Source: Candidatus Heimdallarchaeota archaeon
GTDB lineage: Archaea; Asgardarchaeota; Heimdallarchaeia; Heimdallarchaeales; Heimdallarchaeaceae
DNA: 64,000 nt
Direction: 5' to 3'
NCBI GenBank assembly: GCA_019057815.1
Contig: JAHLWR010000014.1
Span: 1 to 64,000 of the forward strand
Position 1 is the first letter of the stretch. Each line of letters opens with the position of its first letter. A program made the translations under genes and the position numbers. The notes below the pieces were generated by a model, which was not told the DNA's origin, ran no database searches, and saw nothing but the letters and a program-made list of their open reading frames with translations. This document shows positions 1 to 9,046 of this stretch, piece after piece.

Positions 1-96
1 ATTCCAGCCTGGGCTCATGTCACAGGTCAAGAAGTGATTTCCGCAGAAGAGAGTGGTCCCAATGATTATCGCTTTCTTGTTAAGAGACTGAAATAG
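1..96 (+). CDS. TusA/SirA-family sulfur carrier, C-terminal part (runs off window start)
   Basis: Frame 1 reads IPAWAHVTGQEVISAEESGPNDYRFLVKRLK*, matching the TusA 'DIPAW...G.E......Y.F.V.R' end. Not in the ORF track. Confidence 0.75.
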   Translation: MPAWAHVTGQEVISAEESGPNDYRFLVKRLK

Positions 97-161
97 AGGT
101 TGAATGGTGATTTCATAACTGAATCTGTAACTCAAAGAATTACTCGATGGTGACATAAAAT

Positions 162-782
162 ATGAATAAATCTGAGAAGTTTTGGGATAAAAGAGCAAAG
201 GATTATGACAATCAAAAAACGAATTGGGAGAAGTATAATAAAACGGTTGATAAAACCAAGCAATATCTCAATACCAATGATATCGTTCTAGATTTCGCTT
301 GTGGGGCAGGAATAAAGACCATTAAACTCGCTGACAATGTGAAAGAGATTCAAGGTATAGATATATCCTCCAAACTGATAGATGTCGCAAAAAGAAAAGC
401 AGAGGAGCGAAAAGTTGAGAATACCCATTTCGCGCAAGTAACAATATTTGATACTGGATTCAAAAAAGAATCTTTTGATGTAATCCTGGCTTTTAACATC
501 CTGCACTTGGTAGACAATGGACAAGAGATTATTCATAAGATACATGAACTACTAAAACCAGGAGGATTGTTTATTTCTGAAACAGTGTGTATGGGAGAGA
601 AAAAAGCGTTTCTAGGTTGGATTCTATCCTTCCTTAGCAAAATAGGACTGGTTCCACCAATAACATTTTTGAAAATCTCCGATTTAGAAGATTTGATGAG
701 TGGTGGAAAGTTTCAGATAATTGACACAGAAATTGTGCAGCAAAATCCACAGAGCTATTATATCTTGGCAAAGAAGGAATGA
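162..782 (+). CDS. Class I SAM-dependent methyltransferase
   Basis: VLDFACGAG motif I, GIDISS, FDVILAFNILHL, LKPGG. Confidence 0.92.
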   Translation: MNKSEKFWDKRAKDYDNQKTNWEKYNKTVDKTKQYLNTNDIVLDFACGAGIKTIKLADNVKEIQGIDISSKLIDVAKRKAEERKVENTHFAQVTIFDTGFKKESFDVILAFNILHLVDNGQEIIHKIHELLKPGGLFISETVCMGEKKAFLGWILSFLSKIGLVPPITFLKISDLEDLMSGGKFQIIDTEIVQQNPQSYYILAKKE

Positions 783-904
783 ATTGCCTTCAACGGATTG
801 GATCGGTAATAGATACTGTGTATCCTCTAAGCCAAACTGCAGATGCTCATCGACATTACGAAACAGGTCATTCTAAAGGTCGAGTAGTGATCAGCATAGA
901 TTGA
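779..904 (+). pseudogene. C-terminal remnant of an MDR/zinc-type NAD(P)-dependent alcohol dehydrogenase or quinone reductase
   Basis: Translates MNCLQRIGSVIDTVYPLSQTADAHRHYETGHSKGRVVISID*, matching the typical 'VIDxxYPLxxxxxAHxxxExGHxxGKVVI' tail. The N-terminal ~290 aa are absent. Confidence 0.7.
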
Positions 905-1106
905 ATAAGTAAGGATCACGATCAATTAATCTATCAATTCTTGGAGTAGTGATTTTTTAATGCAATTTTTTAATCAACTAAACTCAAATTATTTTTTGTA
1001 ATATTTCATTGCTTCTTCTTCTTTTCCATGTTCAAACCTTCAAAAAGAAGAGTAGTTATAACTTAATTGTCTAATGTATCAACCACTCTGGTAAATTTTT
1101 TTGGTC

Positions 1107-2243
1107 TTACAATTCTTCGATAGTCTCCTTAAATATCACATTTCTCTTCCGTAAGTATTCAATAATTTGGTGATAGACTTCTGAATGTTTTCCTAATAGT
1201 TCTGGAGGAATGATTCCTTTTTCTTTGAATTTTCCTTCAAGTACAATTTGAGCTACAGCTGTACAAGTATATCCTGTTGTTCTTGCTATAGATAAAATGC
1301 GTTTCTCTCTATCGTACTTATCAAGCATATCATAAGTATAACGTAGTTTCTTGTCATCTTTCATTCCTTCAATAACTATCTTCATAATAGTATGATCTTC
1401 ATCTCCCTCTTCAAACATCCAATGATCAAGTAGAAGTTTACCTGTTAGCTCAATTGGTTTGATTTTTTTTCCTGTTACATCAATTTCCTCTTTATTGAGG
1501 AATCCTGCTTTTATTAGCATTTGCATCTTTTCTATATGATCAGGATATCTCAGTGTTTTTTCTTTCATGAAAGGGATATCCATTGTCTTGATGAGAGTTC
1601 TAAGACCATCAGTATTGATGGCTACTAGAGTTCCTACTTCTGGAAAATCTAATAATTCAAGTTCAGATAATGCTGGTTTAACAACTATCTCACTATTCTC
1701 AATATATCTCGCTAATAGGATATAATCCTCGATTACCTCAATGGGTGGATAAGGTGATTTATAATCAAAAAGCCAGTTTCTTTCTACCGGTAATCCTCCA
1801 ACATAACATAGGAAACTTTCTGTTTTATCTAAGATTGAATCAATATAACCAAGTATGATGCTGCTTGAACCAGGAGCTACTCCACAGTCAACAACAGCAG
1901 TAACTCCTTTCTCCTTTGCTAATTTATCTAAGCTTAATGCATCTCCCTCATAATATGAGATATCTACTATGTTCTTTCCTGCTTCAATTACTGCTTTAAG
2001 AGACTTGTACCCCATAAAACTAGGAAGAGCTCCAATTACTAAATCAAAATCCTTTACAATATCTTTGATGATATTGGGATTGGATAAATCTGCACATATT
2101 CCATGAAGATCATAATCATGTGTCAGTTTATCTAAAACCTCTTGGTTAATATCAACTATTGAAACCTCAGTTGAGGGATCTTCTGCCAAATCTCTTGCAA
2201 TAACATTTCCTACATATCCTGCTCCTAAAACAACAACTTTCAT
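1107..2243 (-). CDS. Saccharopine dehydrogenase-family protein (lysine 6-dehydrogenase-like)
   Basis: VLGAGYVG Rossmann motif, DCGVAPG, VGGLP, TDGLRTL, KTLRYP, ARTTGYT. Confidence 0.88.
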   Translation of the reverse strand: MKVVVLGAGYVGNVIARDLAEDPSTEVSIVDINQEVLDKLTHDYDLHGICADLSNPNIIKDIVKDFDLVIGALPSFMGYKSLKAVIEAGKNIVDISYYEGDALSLDKLAKEKGVTAVVDCGVAPGSSSIILGYIDSILDKTESFLCYVGGLPVERNWLFDYKSPYPPIEVIEDYILLARYIENSEIVVKPALSELELLDFPEVGTLVAINTDGLRTLIKTMDIPFMKEKTLRYPDHIEKMQMLIKAGFLNKEEIDVTGKKIKPIELTGKLLLDHWMFEEGDEDHTIMKIVIEGMKDDKKLRYTYDMLDKYDREKRILSIARTTGYTCTAVAQIVLEGKFKEKGIIPPELLGKHSEVYHQIIEYLRKRNVIFKETIEEL

Positions 2244-2452
2244 AATCTAAACCTCTAGGTATATACAATAATAGAAATAGATGAAGTTAAAAGATTATCA
2301 GTCGATTCGTAAAACTAAATTCTTCAATTATTCTTTTGTACTTGATGTTCTTATTTCTTTGACATCAACAGGTGCAAATTCTATACTAGGTATCTCGGAT
2401 AATTTTTGTTCTTCATCACTATCATAGTCTATCATCTTCTACTTTACACGTA

Positions 2453-3352
2453 TCAAATCTTGTAATATTTCATCGCTTCTTCTTCATTTCCAGGTTTAAA
2501 ATTATCCCAGAACTCCTTTGGAGGATGCTGTAAATCATAATCAATTCGAGTATCATGCAAAACTCGAGAACAATATGGGTCTCCCTCCATCAGAGTATGC
2601 TCCATAGTTAAAATTATATGATCGCTATAGTAAGCTCTAAATTTCTCATAATCTCCATAACAGCAAACAAGATATTTGAATTCAACATCAGGAAGCTCTA
2701 TTGTAGCATCTACACAAGTTGGACAGTTCTTATTTTTGAAATCGTATCTGCCTTCTTCTAACATAGTATGTACAAGAACCCATTCAGATGAAGTTGTATC
2801 TCCAGATAAACGATTCTCCACCATTTTTTCAAGACTAAAAAATTCATCTCTATCCGGGGAAGGATTATCCATATAATAATGAGTTACATATCGCTTGAAC
2901 AGTTTCACCGCTTCTTTTCTACCAATAGTTTCCGCTAGAGCTTGTAAAAGATAATAAGATGGATATATCCAAGCTTGTATAAGTGCTTTCATTGAAATTT
3001 CCACTTCTTTAGTTTCCCATTCATTTTTTTCTTTTATCTGCAGGAGATGAAGATAGTAATTTAGAGATGCTTTATTCAAATCGGAATATTGAATTAAATT
3101 CTGGAATTTTGACAATATATTTTCAAATTCTGCAGAAGAATTTCTTGAAAAATCTTTTTCTACTAATCCCTTATATTTCTCTGTTAGATTCTTAACGTAA
3201 TCAGTAATAACCTCTGATTTTTCTTTAGCTATAAATCCAACATTATAATCAAGCTTGCTCAATAAGACTTCTTCAATCTTTTCTAATAGTTTTATAGCTA
3301 TAATCTTTTCTAAAGGATTTTCTTTGAATGTTCCAGTTTGTGTAAATTTCAT
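2453..3352 (-). CDS. L-2-amino-thiazoline-4-carboxylic acid hydrolase (ATC hydrolase)-family protein
   Basis: C-terminal NCP...CCYGDY...HTLMEGDPYC pattern. Confidence 0.65.
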   Translation of the reverse strand: MKFTQTGTFKENPLEKIIAIKLLEKIEEVLLSKLDYNVGFIAKEKSEVITDYVKNLTEKYKGLVEKDFSRNSSAEFENILSKFQNLIQYSDLNKASLNYYLHLLQIKEKNEWETKEVEISMKALIQAWIYPSYYLLQALAETIGRKEAVKLFKRYVTHYYMDNPSPDRDEFFSLEKMVENRLSGDTTSSEWVLVHTMLEEGRYDFKNKNCPTCVDATIELPDVEFKYLVCCYGDYEKFRAYYSDHIILTMEHTLMEGDPYCSRVLHDTRIDYDLQHPPKEFWDNFKPGNEEEAMKYYKI

Positions 3353-3573
3353 TTCAGAATCATTTTTTTTTAATGTTCGAATCCTAATAAGTATATTGTT
3401 GAAGATTTAATCATCACAAAAAATTGAAAAACAAAATGGTATGCACAACACAAACTAGATTTAGAGGAGTTCTAGTGTGAAACGGACCTTGCTGTTTGGT
3501 TACCGTATATTTTTACGGATGACCTTATGCGTTAGAGGACTATCATAAGAAGGTGGGTTGACAACAAGGTCAT

Positions 3574-4767
3574 TTACAGATCCATTCTAGATAGTTCTAT
3601 TACAGTTGCGATAATTGCTTGAGTAACCTTCTTCATGAAATCAAAGTCTAATTTATCTATAGTATCTGCTTCTGTGTGATGAAATGGAGAACGGAAATAT
3701 GCGGTATCTGTTATCATAACTGCGGGTATGTTTTCTTTCCAGAATGGAGCATGATCTGACTTTATCAAATCATACAACCATTTAGAAATCTTCTCAAATC
3801 TGAGAGGTATTTTAATCCACAAAAAAGGAAGTTTGATATTTTTATGTTTACAATTTTTGATGAAAATTTTTCCCAATCTTTTAGAGTTTTTATCACTCAC
3901 TATGGAAATAAAGTCACCTCTACCCTTTCGGAATTTCACCTTATATGTTGGAAAGAACAGAGGTTTAAGTAAAGGTGGAAAAAACTGAGAATGTTTTCTC
4001 TTACTTGTATAACCTATTGCGGCTAAATTTATAACACCAGTTATTTGTTTATCCAATTCTAAAGCTTTCTTAACCCAAATATCACTCCCTACCAGTCCTA
4101 GTTCTCCTACACAAGATATCCTGTTAACGTGTGATCTACTTTCGATGATATACTCACAATATTCCTTCTCAGAATCTGTAAAATTATCCTTAATATCTTC
4201 ATATGCTTTTTGCCACGTATCTAATAGAGGTTTCCCCTTTGACAGTCCTATGGTAACATTAGAATTGAATTTTTTAAACATTTTATGAGAATGATAAGAC
4301 ATATACCGATAATCTACATCAAAAATTCCCAACTCTAGTCCTTTATTCCTGTCTTGTTGAGCTAGTGTTGGATGTAGTTCTTCTAGAGTGAAACTGATAA
4401 ACCGAACACAACCTGAAAGATTTTCAGAGGCTAGTAGTCTTGCTACTTCTAACATCACTGCAATTCCTGAACCATTGTCATTTGCCCCAGGAGTATTATG
4501 AAATGTATCATAATGACCAGTAACAAGAATTTCAGGTTTAGATTCATCTCCTATATATCCTTCAATATTCTTAAAAATCATTTCTGAACCCTTTACTTCG
4601 AAGGTTTGTTCATTTGTGTTTAGACCATATTCTTGAAATTCTGATCTAATATAATCTGCGGTTTCATTTAGTTTTTGAGGATTTACAATATGATGTTTTA
4701 CTCCTTCGATTTTTAAAATGTGCTGGTAAAGTCTTTCTACATCTACTTTCTTAAGTATATCACTCAT
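3574..4767 (-). CDS. M28 family metallopeptidase
   Basis: GHYDT, PGANDNGSG, FTLEE, SDHAPFW, HTEADT. Confidence 0.9.
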   Translation of the reverse strand: MSDILKKVDVERLYQHILKIEGVKHHIVNPQKLNETADYIRSEFQEYGLNTNEQTFEVKGSEMIFKNIEGYIGDESKPEILVTGHYDTFHNTPGANDNGSGIAVMLEVARLLASENLSGCVRFISFTLEELHPTLAQQDRNKGLELGIFDVDYRYMSYHSHKMFKKFNSNVTIGLSKGKPLLDTWQKAYEDIKDNFTDSEKEYCEYIIESRSHVNRISCVGELGLVGSDIWVKKALELDKQITGVINLAAIGYTSKRKHSQFFPPLLKPLFFPTYKVKFRKGRGDFISIVSDKNSKRLGKIFIKNCKHKNIKLPFLWIKIPLRFEKISKWLYDLIKSDHAPFWKENIPAVMITDTAYFRSPFHHTEADTIDKLDFDFMKKVTQAIIATVIELSRMDL

Positions 4768-4870
4768 TTAAATTCGTTATAATTAAGAAATATGGTATTT
4801 AAACTTATCCTAATTTCATTGAGACAAGAGGTTTACAACAAGGTTCTTTTGAATCTAATTAGCTAATATG

Positions 4871-5371
4871 TTAGGTCCTAATACAGTTTAGCACAAAGGA
4901 ATAAACGTCAGCAGATAAGTACATCGTTTTATTTAATTCATCTAGAATTCGTAATGCTTTTTTTCTAGTTAGTATTTTTTTTCTAAATGAATCTATAATT
5001 ATCCCTAAAGTACCTTTAACCTTTAAATTAAGCCCTTTAGCATATATCCTAGCTTCCTCATCATCCAGTAATATGACATCTGTAGTTAGGGATATTGCTA
5101 AGTTTATGGTTTCTATCTCTCCTCTATGAAGTTGTGAATTACTAATAATGTCCTTTTTCTCAGTGATTTTATCCTCGACTCTTATAAAGCCCTTTTCAAT
5201 AGCCTTCTTGATAATTACTGCATCAGCATAATTCTCTTTTAATCCTTTTTCAACGGTCTCATTATAAACAACTACAGAGATTATAACATGTTCAAATAAT
5301 TTGTTTAGAAGATCTAAGCATCCTGCTTTAGCTAGATGAATCAAGGGTCCTGAATTACTCACTGCTATCAT
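4871..5371 (-). CDS. DUF3368-type PIN-domain protein (VapC-like toxin)
   Basis: VSNSGPLIHL, LHRGEIETI, LLDDEEAR, KGTLG. Confidence 0.88.
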   Translation of the reverse strand: MIAVSNSGPLIHLAKAGCLDLLNKLFEHVIISVVVYNETVEKGLKENYADAVIIKKAIEKGFIRVEDKITEKKDIISNSQLHRGEIETINLAISLTTDVILLDDEEARIYAKGLNLKVKGTLGIIIDSFRKKILTRKKALRILDELNKTMYLSADVYSFVLNCIRT

Positions 5372-5654
5372 TCATCTCACGCTCTAGTTCCTCAACAGAT
5401 ATCGGAAAAGGTATGTTATAGTCTCGTAATAATTTCAGAAAGGATCTATATGATTCTCCACAGTATTCAGCTGCTTTCCATACAGTCCATTTTTGTAAAC
5501 GAATGTTTTCTAAAGCTCTTCTTATTTTCATTTCTCGAATTCCTAATTCCAAAGCTTTTCGAGCTACAGTTGACTTATCTGACTTCATCTGTCTAGCTAA
5601 AGATAGCAACTCCTCTTCTTCTGATTCTTCTATGCGTACAGAAAATGTTTTCAT
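5355..5654 (-). CDS. UPF0175-family antitoxin with N-terminal RHH-like DNA-binding region
   Basis: FSVRI...DKSTVARKAL, then TVWKAAEYCG...FLKLL. Overlaps the PIN gene. ATG at 5654 is preferred over 5672 because the operator and TATA lie over 5663-5693. Confidence 0.8.
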   Translation of the reverse strand: MKTFSVRIEESEEEELLSLARQMKSDKSTVARKALELGIREMKIRRALENIRLQKWTVWKAAEYCGESYRSFLKLLRDYNIPFPISVEELEREMNDSSE

Positions 5655-5662
5655 ATAATCAG

Positions 5663-5693
5663 CAGTATACATTATAGTATACTGTATATATAA
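5663..5693 (-). promoter_or_regulatory. Palindromic operator plus TATA box of the TA operon
   Basis: CAGTATAC-attata-GTATACTG (5663-5684) directly downstream of TTTATATATA on the - strand. Confidence 0.6.
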
Positions 5694-5878
5694 ACCTTAA
5701 TGCGTTTTAAATTGAAAAGTTTTAAATTTAGAAGAAATTTAACTAAACGTTATCTATTCCTTATCTTGTTGAATTAGGTTTTTCTGATTTTTATATGTAT
5801 GCAAAAATCATCTGTTTTTCCGTAAAAAAACAAGCGTAAATAAATTTATACAAGCTATGAATAATACTTCTTGTATCT

Positions 5879-6928
5879 ATGACATCTAAAATCTATATGA
5901 CTAGTACATCGCCTTTAGATGAATTGTTAAGAGCTGCAGCTTTTGAAGTAAGGCATGTCTGGGGAATCAATGAATCAAGAATGATTGATTACATAGATTA
6001 TCTTCCTCAACAATATTGTCAGTTATCAAAATACATAGTTTCAAACATACTGCCTGAGATGGATCCAGATAAAGATAAACTCTTGATAGTTAGTCACTGT
6101 ACGGAGTTGAATAGGTTTCACGCACTTTTAGATGAAATTACTGAACACTGGTTCTTAGAGACACCTAGAACTAAAAGAGAGCATTCATTGGAATATTTGG
6201 AAACACAGCTAACGATGTTTATAGATGAACTTCCAGTTCTAAAATCAATTACTTCTGAGGAACTTAACTCTTTGATAAAAGAAAGATTTGATCTATTGAA
6301 TTTACTTAAAGAAGTCTTCATTAATCATAAGTTAGGATATTTAGAATTATTAGAATTCATTCCAAAGATATTAGATCGAAATAAACAAAATGGTAAAGAG
6401 ATTAAACAGGAACTGACATACTTAGTTAAGGAATCTGCACCAATAATAGAAACTAACGAAAACAAGCCTGCAATCATAATACTAGGAGAATTCTGGTGTG
6501 ACAGAATCAAACCTGTTCTGGAGTTTATAGTTAAAAAATTTGAAATTAGAAGTGATAGTTTTGAAAATGGTTTAAATGTTCTAGAAGAGATTTTAAGTCC
6601 TAAACCATTTGAAACAATGAACGATTATATTCGATTCACTGCTGCAAATACTATAAAAAATAGATTTAACCCTTCGTTACTTGATTTTGATATATCTGAT
6701 ATTGAAAAATTGGTAACAGAGAAGAATATAGAAGGTGTAATCATCTTAAATTACAAGTTCTGTGATGTTTATTCATTTCTTTCACCACTTTTAAAATTAT
6801 CAACAATTGCATCTATACCTATTTTAGATCTTGAAATTGAGGGAGAAGGATTGGGTCTTGAACAACTGAAAACAAGAATTGAAGCTTTTGAAGAATGTTT
6901 AATTGATAGGAGGATTATAAATGGATGA
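5879..6928 (+). CDS. 2-hydroxyacyl-CoA dehydratase subunit (HgdB/FldC-like)
   Basis: YCQLSK, SHCTE, KFCDVY, QLKTRIEAFEE. Adjacent to the partner subunit and activase. Confidence 0.8.
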   Translation: MTSKIYMTSTSPLDELLRAAAFEVRHVWGINESRMIDYIDYLPQQYCQLSKYIVSNILPEMDPDKDKLLIVSHCTELNRFHALLDEITEHWFLETPRTKREHSLEYLETQLTMFIDELPVLKSITSEELNSLIKERFDLLNLLKEVFINHKLGYLELLEFIPKILDRNKQNGKEIKQELTYLVKESAPIIETNENKPAIIILGEFWCDRIKPVLEFIVKKFEIRSDSFENGLNVLEEILSPKPFETMNDYIRFTAANTIKNRFNPSLLDFDISDIEKLVTEKNIEGVIILNYKFCDVYSFLSPLLKLSTIASIPILDLEIEGEGLGLEQLKTRIEAFEECLIDRRIING

Positions 6929-8165
6929 AAGAACTCTCCTTAAAAACATGTTAAAGCTTCTTTATTCCTACCCCTTTAGAACTATTACATGTGCAGCTGT
7001 TCCGTGGTTTACTAAAATTAAATCAGATAAAACAATCTTTTCTATGATAATGAAACATCTTAGTAAAGGTTTCAAGAATCCTCATAGAACAGCATGGATT
7101 CCTTTTGTTTATCCTGTTGAAATTCTCTATGCGATGAATCTCTTACCTTACATGACAGAAATCTATGGTAACGGGTTTTCGCGATTTCCTACGTTTTTCA
7201 AGGATGCTTTTGAAAGAGCTCTTCATTTTGGAATCCCTGCAGACGCTTGTAGCTTTCACCATGCTTCTGTCGGAATATTTACACAAGGTGTTATGCCAAA
7301 ACCTCGCTTAGTTTTAGGTGGTACGCCAACAGGATGTGAGGATCAGTATCATACTTTAAGATTATTAGCTAAAAATTTCAAAACAGAGTTCTATTCTATT
7401 GACTATCCAAGAAATTACAAAGGAGAAAAAGAGAAATTAGACTATTTCAAAGCTGAATTATACGGGTTAATAGAATTCGTGGAAAAAGAGACAGGATTTG
7501 AATTTAATAAAGAATCACTTAAGGTTATCAACCAGAGGTACAGAGATATCTACACTAAATATGAGCAGTTTATGAGATTGAAAGCTGAAATCCCAACAAC
7601 ACTTTATGAGAGTCATTTCACAGCATTTACATTTACATTAGCGGAGTTTACAGGAGATATAGATAAAACTGAGCGTTATATTGAGGAAGGAATGCAAGAT
7701 ATTGAAGATCATAAAATAATATACGAGAATGAGAAACCTCTTAGATTAGCTTGGCTAGGTCATCCGATTATACCTTTAAGGAAACTTCAATATTATCTAG
7801 CTAAAAAGAGAGCTTTCATCGGATATCAAGAGTTTATGGAAAGTTGTGTTCCTCCAGTTAAGACAAATTCTGATCCAGTTGAAGAAATAGCTGAAAAATA
7901 CCTTTCTGCTTACACTAATGTCCCTCTAGGTAAAAGGATCGAAATTATCAAGAAGCGTTTAAGTGAACATAAATATGATGGGATCGTTTATATGACTTCA
8001 TGGGGTTGTCATCAGATAAACTCAACAGCTGCCTACATACTAGAAGAGCTGAAGAATGATTATCCTATTGTACAAATTGATTCAGATTGTTGTAATCCAA
8101 AAAACGTTGGAGAGCAGCAATTAAAAATGCGTTTACAAGCTTTAATTGAAATAATTGAACAATAA
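6921..8165 (+). CDS. 2-hydroxyacyl-CoA dehydratase subunit (HgdA/FldB-like)
   Basis: DACSFH, GCEDQ, WGCHQ, IDSDC, QLKMRLQALIE. Confidence 0.85.
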   Translation: MDERTLLKNMLKLLYSYPFRTITCAAVPWFTKIKSDKTIFSMIMKHLSKGFKNPHRTAWIPFVYPVEILYAMNLLPYMTEIYGNGFSRFPTFFKDAFERALHFGIPADACSFHHASVGIFTQGVMPKPRLVLGGTPTGCEDQYHTLRLLAKNFKTEFYSIDYPRNYKGEKEKLDYFKAELYGLIEFVEKETGFEFNKESLKVINQRYRDIYTKYEQFMRLKAEIPTTLYESHFTAFTFTLAEFTGDIDKTERYIEEGMQDIEDHKIIYENEKPLRLAWLGHPIIPLRKLQYYLAKKRAFIGYQEFMESCVPPVKTNSDPVEEIAEKYLSAYTNVPLGKRIEIIKKRLSEHKYDGIVYMTSWGCHQINSTAAYILEELKNDYPIVQIDSDCCNPKNVGEQQLKMRLQALIEIIEQ

Positions 8166-8222
8166 TATCTATAGCAAACGAAATTTTATAAGATACAAAT
8201 ATTCAACTTAAAAGGACATTAT

Positions 8223-8996
8223 ATGAACATCATTGGTTTGGATTTAGGTTCAACAACAACGAAATCAGTTGTTTTGAATGATAAAAGAAAGATACTAGGT
8301 TATAATATCGTTAACACAGGAGCGGACATGCGTAAAGCTGAAAAAACAGCTTTTTATGCTTCCTTAGAAAAAGCTAATCTCAGTGAGGGGGATATCACAG
8401 CTGTTATTGCTTCAGGTTATGGTAGAGAAAGATCATCTTATGCTAAAAACCAAATAACGGAAATAAAAGCAATGGCTAAAGGTGCAGAATATCTATTCCC
8501 TGGCGTTAGAACTTTGATTGATGTCGGAGGTCAAGATAGCAAAGCGATAAAAATCAAAGAAGGTAGAGTTGAAAATTTCAAACTTAACGATAAGTGTGCA
8601 GCTGGCACAGGTAGGTTTCTAGAGTTAATTTCACAAGTTATGCAAATCCCTATGGATGAAATGTCAAGTGTAGCAAAAAAAGCAATACGATATCCTTCTC
8701 TTTCTAAAACTTGTGCAGTGTTTGCTCAGACAGAAGTTATAACACTTCTTTCAAAGGGTTCCTCAGCAAGTGAAATTATCCAAGGATCATATGAATTCAT
8801 AGCTAAAAGAGTCTTATCGATGGCTGCGAGTTTGAAGGTTGAGAAACCTATTGTTTTATCAGGTGGTGTGATGAAAAGTAAATCATTAGTTAAGATGTTC
8901 CAAAAAATTTCAAAAGAGAAAGTTCATGTGCCAAAAGAACCACAGTTATTGGGATGCATAGGCTCTGCTATTTATGGTTTGGAAAACCACAAATAA
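8223..8996 (+). CDS. Acyl-CoA dehydratase activase (HgdC/BadF-G ASKHA ATPase)
   Basis: GLDLGSTTTK, SGYGR, IDVGGQDSK, NDKCAAGTGRFLE, TCAVFAQTEV. Confidence 0.95.
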   Translation: MNIIGLDLGSTTTKSVVLNDKRKILGYNIVNTGADMRKAEKTAFYASLEKANLSEGDITAVIASGYGRERSSYAKNQITEIKAMAKGAEYLFPGVRTLIDVGGQDSKAIKIKEGRVENFKLNDKCAAGTGRFLELISQVMQIPMDEMSSVAKKAIRYPSLSKTCAVFAQTEVITLLSKGSSASEIIQGSYEFIAKRVLSMAASLKVEKPIVLSGGVMKSKSLVKMFQKISKEKVHVPKEPQLLGCIGSAIYGLENHK

Positions 8997-9046
8997 GAAT
9001 GCAATAACACTTTTATTGATAACAATTTGGAAATAAGTGCATTATT

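Noticed and set aside
2330-2435. 35-aa minus-strand ORF (MIDYDSDEEQKL...)
   Set aside because: Too short and without recognisable motifs.
3485-3571. SECIS element or hammerhead ribozyme
   Set aside because: The upstream gene has no in-frame UGA, and neither the SECIS quartet geometry nor the CUGAUGA/GAAA core is present.
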